A stretch of DNA of 6,771 bases from Amoeboradix gromovi X-113 (lineage: Eukaryota > Fungi > Sanchytriomycota), in the NCBI GenBank assembly GCA_018985225.1, contig JADGIF010000550.1, forward strand, positions 1 through 6,771. The letters are read 5' to 3'. Within the stretch, counting starts at the first letter, position 1; every line of letters begins with the position of its first letter. Below the pieces are notes generated by a model that saw nothing but the letters and a program-made list of their open reading frames with translations, made no database searches and was not told where the DNA came from. Below, piece by piece: positions 1 to 6,577 of the stretch. Made by a program: the position numbers and the translations under genes.

Positions 1-88
1 ATAGAAGATCTTTTATTAATGATAGCGTTTCCTGCGTATGGAGCACCTTTAAAAACGAGTTAGTCTAGTTTTTATATTTGGTGTCCCA
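1..88 (+). repeat. Copy A of a dispersed TIR/MITE-like repeat: right end, cut by the window start
   Basis: Bases 56-88 are the exact reverse complement of 6578-6610 (33/33). Bases 1-88 align along their length with about 4492-4582 (TTTTATTAAT.ATAG..TTTCCT...TATGGAGCACCT...TTTAAAAA...GTCTAGTTTTTATATTTGGTGTC.CA). Similarity stops abruptly after GTCCCA at 88. Confidence 0.9.
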
Positions 89-430
89 AATATACTCTTG
101 GCTACAACTAGTAGTTACCAACCCCTCTTATTTACCAGTAAGGTATTTCACCATAACTAAGTAGGGTTTCTACGAGTGGGAGATTTCTCTATGATGTATT
201 CACAGACTGATATGCGACTAAGTCATAGCGAGCACACTAGCGGAACCTTGGACCTTCCCAAGATTGCTATCCACTTTTAACATTTGCATTTATTAAGCAG
301 CACCTGGTATCTTAATACATGCATTCAGCCTAAACAAAAATTCCTTTCCACTAAACCTAAGGCTGAAGACAGTTTGACGAGGGAAAACTCTCCAATTGTG
401 CCATTATCGATCCTTGTGAAACTCACTCTC

Positions 431-3006
431 ATGACGTTCTCATTGAATAGACAATTCAAGGTGTTCAATCTAGTTGTGAAGGAATACCTTCATACCAAGA
501 GGACCAGACTAATACACATTAAGCCACTGGACGATCTTAAATTGAAAGGACTACTAATAAAATTGAATACTTTCCCGATGAATGATACGGGCATATTCCA
601 TATTTTGGAGCATGTGGTATTATGTGGAAGTCGGAACTACAAGATTCGTGATCCTTTCATGAAATTGGTTCAGCGTAACCTAGCTCTTGACATGAATGCT
701 TGTACCGCACAGGATATGACATACTACTATGCACTTACAGACCATTATAAAGAAATAAGAGATATATATATGGACGCCATTTTGTTCCCGGCCCTGAATA
801 AATTTGACTTTATGCAGGAAGGACACTACTTTGATAAGCAGATCAAGGGAGTAGTGTATAACGAAATGAAGGGTGCTATGAGTGATATAAATAGTATTTA
901 CTACCGCGGTCTGTTCAAACACCTGTTCCCAAACACCATTTACCAGTATAACAGTGGCGGTGATCCCAGTTCTATTCCATCACTTAACTATGACTTCTTC
1001 ACCAAGACTCATAAGCAATTCTATCATCCTAGTAACATGACAATTGTCTTGTATGGCGATTTAAAATCTCCGATGAACTGCTTTATTATCACAATTTTAT
1101 CAAGCCTTTTAGCGTCCAGTCCTTGCCTTCCGTATCTTATCCGACAGCTATCAAACCAGCTCAGACGCATTTCAATTATACGATTAAACATAATCAATCC
1201 TTTTCCAGTATCAATTTCGACCTGGGTCATCTTTCACACTTCCATAAGTTCTGTTATACAGTGCTTTCTAAGTATCTCTTGCATCTCAACCACTCGCCAT
1301 TGTTTAAATCATTGGTCGGCAAAGTTGGTCATTCATACACACCTGGTACAGGATTTCATGATTCTCCGGTAAACTGGTTTAGCATTGGGGTGCAGCATGA
1401 AAAAAAACAATCTCTGTTACCAATAATTCAACAACTGAAGGACCACAAGATAGAGTTGCAAGATGTAAAATCTATTTTGAACCAGTTATTGCTAAGTTAC
1501 AAGCATATGAGCCCGTATAGTGCAATTGATTGGATGGAAGCTACATTGACAGTCAATGATGACTTACAAAAGATGCTGCAGTATGACATTTACATCAATC
1601 AGTTGCAACAGAATCCTGATATATTACAGCAACTTCTACTTCAACTAATTGATAGGCCATATCAGGAGTGCTTTATGACTGGTGACGCAAATAATACAGC
1701 GGTACATTGCAAGTCAGCACCCAATCCAGCCAATGTTACTGGATTGCTGGAGTATCAAAATAAATCGGAAGATTTATCATCCCTACCGGCAACGGATGCA
1801 TCTACTCTAAATCCACCGGAACACACTACTTTAACGAGTAAGTCAAATGTAAAATACAATATAGTAGACACTCAACTAACGTATTATCATGGCATAGTTG
1901 ACTTGAAAATTGATGCCTCTCTTTTGTTGTATTTGCCATTGTTTTGTCAATTACTGTTGAAACTAGACACTGCAACATTGAGTAACCAGGAACTTACACT
2001 GAGGATCAGACAGAATACTAGTGGTATAAATGTGTCTCCTCTTGTCGTTCCTAGCCTGTATTCAAATACAGCTGCAGTCAAACTGTACCTCAGTAGTTAC
2101 TCTGATGGTAAACTGAGTAAAACAATCGAGCTGATTAAATTGATTCTAGAGAGCGCTATATATGACAACGAGCATGCTGTCATGATGATAAATAAAACCA
2201 TCAACACAAATTTAGTCCAAATTAAGAATCAAATCCCAGCAACTGGCCATTTGTTTGCATTGAAATACGCTCATCAATTTACTAGCTCAAGCAGCAAATT
2301 GGATGAGCTTCTAAGTGGTTTAACGCAGTACAAGCACATGGAAGCAATGTCTAAAACAGACTCGAAGCAGATTATCCAAAAATTATTAAAAGTTCAAAAG
2401 TTGATAACTAAGGGGATTAAAAGCCATTTTATAATAAGTAGCAGTATTTTAGATTTAGACTATAACAATGGAGTGGATTCTAGCTATAATTTTAAGTTGA
2501 ATGACTTCGAGCAGTGTTCAACGACGATTCCTATAAAGCTAAGTTTGCCAGTCAATTATTTAGCGCAATCACAGTACATGGTACCTTATGACCACAAAGA
2601 CAGTCCATACTATGGCTTGATCAGTAAGTTGATGAACCCTTATTTACATGAGGAAATTAGAGAAAAGGGCGGTGCTTACGGAGGTGCGAGCACATACAAC
2701 AGTTTGAATGGAACAATGGGATTCTATACATACAGAGACCCTAACAATGATTTTAAAGTGTTTGGAAAGGGCTACGACTACTTGGGCGCAATAAATGATG
2801 AAAAATTGAATCTCGCGAAATGGAGTCTCCTCAGAGAGATGGGAAGACCTATTGGAATGGACAGAAAGGGATTATCTGAGTATTTGTATGGCATAAAAAA
2901 CGTTCAAGTGAGACATGAGCAGGTTAAAAGTGCAGATAAATCATACTTAATTGAGCTAGCAGACCGCATAAAGAACAATAACAGGTACCAGACCATTTTG
3001 AACTAA
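431..3006 (+). CDS. CYM1: Mitochondrial presequence protease (Cym1/PreP/PITRM1, peptidase M16C), about 858 aa if the two frames are joined by a -1 shift at 1060-1066
   Basis: The first in-frame ATG is at 431 (284 is a TTG). The first frame has the inverted zinc motif HILEH (599-613) in TGIFHILEHVVLCGSRNYKIRDPF, plus GVVYNEMKG, YNSGGDP and FYHPSN..YGD. The second frame (open from 1036, TAA at 3004-3006) has the C-terminal M16C motifs YLHEEIREKGGAYG and FYTYRDPN. Family assignment is secure. Whether the break is recoding, a sequence error or pseudogenisation is unresolved. Confidence 0.9.
1060..1066 (+). other. Frameshift point in CYM1; X XXY YYZ slippery heptamer T TTA AAA
   Basis: Zero-frame codons are GAT TTA AAA (1058-1066). 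The -1 frame reads TTT AAA ATC TCC GAT GAA from 1060. The joined peptide YGDLK-ISDELLYYHNFIKPF fits the helix that follows YG[DN] in PreP-family proteins. Confidence 0.75.
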
Positions 3007-3025
3007 ACAATTTTAAGTAAAAGAC

Positions 3026-3208
3026 TTAAACCTCTGATAACCTGATCGATATTAACATCAGCGTTAATGCTATGTACGTCTCTAGTGTCACAAGAATTTC
3101 AGCCGACTTTTCTGTTAAATATTTGTAAAAATGATGCCGGAACTGGTTATTCTTGTTTGTGTTTTCTTTCAATAAGTACTTCGAATCAAGAGGGTCTATT
3201 ACTTTCAT
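3026..3208 (-). CDS. Hypothetical 60-aa protein with a hydrophobic C-terminus (possibly tail-anchored)
   Basis: ATG at 3208-3206 and TAA at 3028-3026 give MKVIDPLDSKYLLKENTNKNNQFRHHFYKYLTEKSAEILVTLETYIALTLMLISIRLSEV. It fills the gap neatly: its stop is 19 bp from the CYM1 stop and its start is 69 bp from the next gene's ATG. No family recognised. Confidence 0.35.
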   Translation of the reverse strand: MKVIDPLDSKYLLKENTNKNNQFRHHFYKYLTEKSAEILVTLETYIALTLMLISIRLSEV

Positions 3209-3277
3209 CTGATAGGTTACTCTGAAACCGCAGATGATGATTTGAATTTTCGAGGGACTCTCCTTCAAGCAAGAACG

Positions 3278-3913
3278 ATGTCAGCAAGATTATTTTTGGG
3301 AAGATTGCCAGATGAGGTCACTGAGGATGAGATCAGAGAATTATTCTCCAAGTTTGGAGAAATCACTGAGTTCAACTTGAAGAAAAACTACGGTTTTTTG
3401 ACCTTTGAGGAAGAATCTGCTGGTACTGAAGCTATAAAAGAGATGGATGGTTATGCTATGGGTAATGATAACATCGTCGTTCAGGTATCTAAGCCAAAGA
3501 GAGAATTCAATGACAGACGTGGAGGTGATCGCGGTGGATATGGTGACAGACAAGGAAGCTATGATAGTCGCCCTGTCAAGTGCTTCAACTGCCAAAAGGA
3601 AGGACACAAGTCATATGAATGCTCTGAGCCAAAGAATGATTCTCGTCAAGGAGGATACGGAGGGGACAGAGGCGGAGACCGCGGAGGTTACGGAAACAGA
3701 CCAACCAAGTGCTTCAACTGCCAACAGGAAGGACACAAATCATTTGAATGCTCTGAGCCAAAGAAGGAGCGTCAGGGTGGATACGGAGGTGACCGTGGAG
3801 GCGATAGAGGTCCTCAAAAGTGCTTCAACTGCCAACAAGAAGGACACAAGTCATATGAATGCTCTGAGCCGAAGAAGGACCGTGATGGATATAGAGGTAG
3901 AAGCAACTATTAA
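3278..3913 (+). CDS. RNA-binding protein, 211 aa: N-terminal RRM, three CCHC zinc knuckles, RGG/GGY linkers
   Basis: ATG at 3278 (3242 is a TTG). RNP2 is LFLGRL and RNP1 is KNYGFLTF. Three C-X2-C-X4-H-X4-C knuckles (CFNCQxEGHKSxEC) are separated by RGGDRGGYG repeats. TAA is at 3911-3913, followed by AATAAA. Confidence 0.93.
   Translation: MSARLFLGRLPDEVTEDEIRELFSKFGEITEFNLKKNYGFLTFEEESAGTEAIKEMDGYAMGNDNIVVQVSKPKREFNDRRGGDRGGYGDRQGSYDSRPVKCFNCQKEGHKSYECSEPKNDSRQGGYGGDRGGDRGGYGNRPTKCFNCQQEGHKSFECSEPKKERQGGYGGDRGGDRGPQKCFNCQQEGHKSYECSEPKKDRDGYRGRSNY
3517..3880 (+). repeat. Intragenic triplication of an RGG + zinc-knuckle module
   Basis: AAGTGCTTCAACTGCCAA...GAAGGACACAA.TCAT.TGAATGCTCTGAGCC.AAGAA starts at 3578, 3707 and 3818 (spacings 129 and 111 bp). 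The copies are near-identical even at synonymous positions. Confidence 0.92.
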
Positions 3914-3929
3914 GCAGCCAGTAATCACA

Positions 3930-3935
3930 AATAAA
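3930..3935 (+). terminator. Putative polyadenylation signal AATAAA
   Basis: Lies 16 bp after the stop of the RRM/zinc-knuckle gene. The hexamer is common in AT-rich DNA. Confidence 0.5.
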
Positions 3936-3962
3936 TGAATTATAAGAAGAGACTTTATTTCC

Positions 3963-4307
3963 CTATGAGAGACCATTTGGGATCGATCAGGATGAGCAGG
4001 TGGGAGCAATCTGCAATAGATGTGCAGGAATAACACCAAAATCCAAAGATGGATTCTGGTATAGTAATAAATTATTTAATCCTATTTCAGCTGCTGAGTT
4101 TCTCATATCTAGCCAGTTGTGCCAAGCAACGCTAGATATAAATTCTGTGCGATAGCTTGAAATAACAGTTGTGATATTCTGCAAAAGTCAATTAGGTGGG
4201 TAAAAGAGAAGATGCCTGTTAATAAGACATCCATAATCCCGTCAAGATGTATCTAAAAATGTATTATCAAGTCATATCAGGCAATCCAGGACCAGCAAAC
4301 TCAACAT
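3963..4307 (-). pseudogene. Possible decayed gene: 115-codon ATG-to-TAG frame interrupted only by four TGA codons
   Basis: ATG at 4307-4305, TGA at 4274-4272, 4244-4242, 4190-4188 and 3989-3987, TAG at 3965-3963. It contains the listed 3987..4184 ORF. No homolog recognised. Confidence 0.3.
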
Positions 4308-4308
4308 A

Positions 4309-4582
4309 TGGGACATCAAACGTAAAAACTAGACTAACTTTCTGTAATAGTTTGAATCGTTATTTCAAATGTGTATTAACCGATAGTAAGTTACATTAAA
4401 TTAATCAGATTGGTTGCACCTTTTGCTTCTACACTCAGAGACCCTATATATTTAAAGAGGGGAATGAAATTAATGAAAGAAAATTGGTTTGGAAGAAGGA
4501 ATTTTATTAATAATAGTATTTCCTCCTTATGGAGCACCTACTTTAAAAAGCACTTGGTCTAGTTTTTATATTTGGTGTCTCA
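4309..4582. mobile_element. 274-bp non-autonomous MITE-like element with 31-bp imperfect terminal inverted repeats (TG...CA ends)
   Basis: The left end 4309-4339 (TGGGACATCAAACGTAAAAACTAGACTAACT) and right end 4552-4582 (ACTTGGTCTAGTTTTTATATTTGGTGTCTCA) match each other 25/31, and each matches the A/D end 28/31. The interior is AT-rich and non-coding. Bases 4415-4582 are homologous to copies A and D. No clear TSD (CAACATA | TTAGATG). Confidence 0.72.
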
Positions 4583-4674
4583 TTAGATGTTGGGTTACTG
4601 AGCTTAGTGAACTAGTGCTGAGAGGAATATTGGCTACAAACAGGAGATAAGATGGCGCAAAAAGAGATGTGAAT

Positions 4675-4739
4675 GTATGTTAAACAGCCTTCAGTTCGCG
4701 GAAAGTTTATTGAGAAATGAATAAATACTAACCTTGCAG
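4675..4739 (+). other. Candidate 65-nt spliceosomal intron, probably in the KEX1 5' leader or a non-coding transcript
   Basis: 5' site GTATGT at 4675-4680, branch point TACTAAC at 4726-4732, 3' site CAG ending at 4739. All three match the strict fungal consensus. Splicing creates no long ORF. Confidence 0.45.
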
Positions 4740-4876
4740 AAGAATTAAAAACAAAAGCATTGTAGCCGAAAGCACAGGTGATAAATAATAAAAGTTTCAA
4801 ATTGAGTAGTTTATCTTGTGAGATCTGTTTTAATTGTTGATTAGTTTTTGAAGTTTAGATCCCAATTAGAATATTT

Positions 4877-6340
4877 ATGCAAATTGATTATTTTTTCAAA
4901 CAGCTTTTTTGCATGTCCAACTGCAACAACGATCATTATATTCCATCCTTGCACCACTTTGCAGGATACATTAATATTACCAGAGGTCAAATGTATTATT
5001 ATTATGTTCCGCAAGCCAATAATAAAACTATAATCTGGACAAACGGTGGACCAGGTTGCAGTGCTTTGGAAGGCATGCTGCTGGAGAATGGTCCTTACAA
5101 GATTAAAAATAAAGATTCCAAGTATATTCTAGAATCCAACCCTTACTCATGGCATAAATTTGCAAATATGATCTACGTTGACCAACCGATGAACACGGGA
5201 TTCAGTTTTGGTAGTACATACACTTCAAATCAGACAGAAATTGGTTTAGACATGGTTGAATTCATTAATAAACTTTATTTCTTGCATCCACTGTTAAAAT
5301 TCAATGATATTTACATTGCCGGTGAATCTTATGCGGGCACATATATCCCGTATATAACCAAGGCCTGCAAGAATGCAAACATAGCAATAAAAGGCATGAT
5401 CATAGGCAATGGATGGGTAGATCCAGCCACGCAGTATCGTTCATATGTTGATTTTGTAATTAAGCACGATTTAGCAAACCAGGATATTTTGAATAAGATG
5501 GAAAGTAAATACTCTGAATGCAAAAAGATACTAGACGATACTGAGTACATAAGCGTTGAAGAATGTGAGAACATAAACAATCCATTTTTTCAATTCACAA
5601 AAACGATGAATAATAACAAATGCATCAACATGTATGATATAAGACTGCACGAAGAAGGCTGTGGTATCAACTGGCCATCTAGCTTACCTCTATTATATAA
5701 ATATTTGCAGGATCCAGCTACAGTACAGTTATTTCACGCAAGTTCAAAGAAAACATGGATAGAGTGTCAATCAAGTACGGTAGGAGAACATCTAGCCCAT
5801 GATAAGAGTAAGCCATCATTTTACCTGTTACCCGAGCTGGTAAAAACTGTAGAATTGTATTTTTACAGCGGAGATATGGATATGATTTGCAATCACTTGG
5901 GAACAGAAGCAATGCTAAGAAGATTGATTTGGAATGGGAAGAAAGGGTTCGAAAATGACGAGGAATCGCTGTTTATTGATTCGAAAGTGATTGGCAGTTT
6001 GCAGTCGGAAAGAAATGTTGTGTACGTCAGACTTAAAGATGCCAGCCATATGACGCCAGTCGACAAGCCATTGGAGAGCATGATGATGATAGAGTCAATA
6101 CTAGACGGTAAATTTATTGATAAGTCTAGTAGGTTACTTGTAGAATATGACTTAAATTCCAACCCAAGTGCAAGTGGAGTAGTGGCACTGATTGCAGTAT
6201 TAGTTGGAATAGCATTTGTGATATATCAAAGAATTAATAAGAAAGTGCAATATAGTCTACAGCCAACTACTGAAAATGCTGAAGCTGTCGAACTTGAAAC
6301 TCGGGTGTTGTACAAGTACGAAGATCCTGATGATGTATAA
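4877..6340 (+). CDS. KEX1: Kex1-like pheromone-processing serine carboxypeptidase (family S10), type I membrane protein, 487 aa
   Basis: Motifs WTNGGPGCS, ENGPY, NPYSW and YVDQP..TGFS. Catalytic Ser in GESYAG (5321-5338), IGNGW, Asp in GDMDMICN, His in ASHMTPVDKP. The C-terminal TM helix GVVALIAVLVGIAFVIY and short acidic tail distinguish Kex1 from soluble CPY. The exact start is uncertain because the signal peptide is poor. Confidence 0.88.
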   Translation: MQIDYFFKQLFCMSNCNNDHYIPSLHHFAGYINITRGQMYYYYVPQANNKTIIWTNGGPGCSALEGMLLENGPYKIKNKDSKYILESNPYSWHKFANMIYVDQPMNTGFSFGSTYTSNQTEIGLDMVEFINKLYFLHPLLKFNDIYIAGESYAGTYIPYITKACKNANIAIKGMIIGNGWVDPATQYRSYVDFVIKHDLANQDILNKMESKYSECKKILDDTEYISVEECENINNPFFQFTKTMNNNKCINMYDIRLHEEGCGINWPSSLPLLYKYLQDPATVQLFHASSKKTWIECQSSTVGEHLAHDKSKPSFYLLPELVKTVELYFYSGDMDMICNHLGTEAMLRRLIWNGKKGFENDEESLFIDSKVIGSLQSERNVVYVRLKDASHMTPVDKPLESMMMIESILDGKFIDKSSRLLVEYDLNSNPSASGVVALIAVLVGIAFVIYQRINKKVQYSLQPTTENAEAVELETRVLYKYEDPDDV

Positions 6341-6342
6341 AA

Positions 6343-6576
6343 CTATAATAAATTGTATTTTATGGCGAGCACTTCAAGCTACTATATAACCCTTTTGGAG
6401 ACCTACTGTAAATCTACACTGACGAGGTCTCTCAATTTTTCTCTACAAACCTGATCGTTCGCCAATTTTTCACAGATATCTAATAACCTGGAGACTGTGA
6501 CACGATTTCACAGCTCTTTCTGCAATTGCAATGGGCACACTATCTTCATCGAAAAATATGACAACGATGAATGCTT
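6343..6576 (-). pseudogene. Possible decayed 3' gene fragment convergent with KEX1 and abutting repeat copy D
   Basis: Reads KHSSLSYFSMKIVCPLQLQKEL*NRVTVSRLLDICEKLANDQVCREKLRDLVSVDLQ*VSKRVI**LEVLAIKYNLL*. The composition looks helical and protein-like, and the last TAG (6345-6343) is 2 bp from the KEX1 stop. No homolog recognised, and the opposite strand is also stop-poor. Confidence 0.3.
6347..6352 (+). terminator. Putative polyadenylation signal AATAAA
   Basis: Lies 6 bp after the KEX1 TAA. Confidence 0.45.
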
Positions 6577-6577
6577 G

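Noticed and set aside
284-430. N-terminal extension of the 362-aa ORF from 284
   Set aside because: It starts at TTG, has no Met before 431 and shows no M16C similarity. Eukaryotic context favours ATG 431.
1051-1112. 62-nt GTATGG...TTTTAG intron that would restore the CYM1 frame
   Set aside because: It is frame-compatible but would delete the conserved YGD motif and the following helix, and there is no CTAAC-like branch point. Only RNA data can exclude it fully.
680-1230. Minus-strand ORFs 680..922 and 1024..1230
   Set aside because: Antisense shadows of CYM1 with no recognisable motifs.
1067-1372. C-terminal third of the 362-aa ORF, and the 627-aa ORF as a separate gene
   Set aside because: After YGDLK the first frame is off-frame text overlapping the true continuation. 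The 1123 start is a TTG inside a frame open from 1036. Both ORFs are halves of one gene.
3578-3880. Three spaced direct repeats as a CRISPR array, or the knuckles as retroelement Gag
   Set aside because: The repeats are in-frame protein modules with related linkers. There are no cas genes, and no capsid, protease, RT or LTR.
3341-4039. Overlapping ORFs 3447..3938 (+), 3341..3607 (-) and 3851..4039 (-)
   Set aside because: Alternative-frame shadows. The long + one stays open because the underlying DNA is a purine-rich triplicated module.
4612-4800. Minus-strand 62-aa ORF with a signal-peptide-like start (KLLLFITCAFG)
   Set aside because: It starts at TTG with no ATG. Its hydrophobicity follows from the T-rich strand, and no family is recognisable.
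5329-6162. Minus-strand ORFs 5329..5580, 5718..5912 and 5893..6162
   Set aside because: Antisense shadows of KEX1.
431-6340. Genome-wide alternative genetic code (TGA=Trp or TAA/TAG=Gln)
   Set aside because: The three conserved genes end at TAA where the proteins should end and contain no in-frame TGA; all nine Trp codons are TGG.
6398-6516. Two short hairpins (GAGACCT/AGGTCTC and CTGTGA/TCACAG) as an H/ACA snoRNA or SECIS
   Set aside because: The stems are only 6-7 bp, and I could not place convincing H/ACA boxes or a SECIS core.
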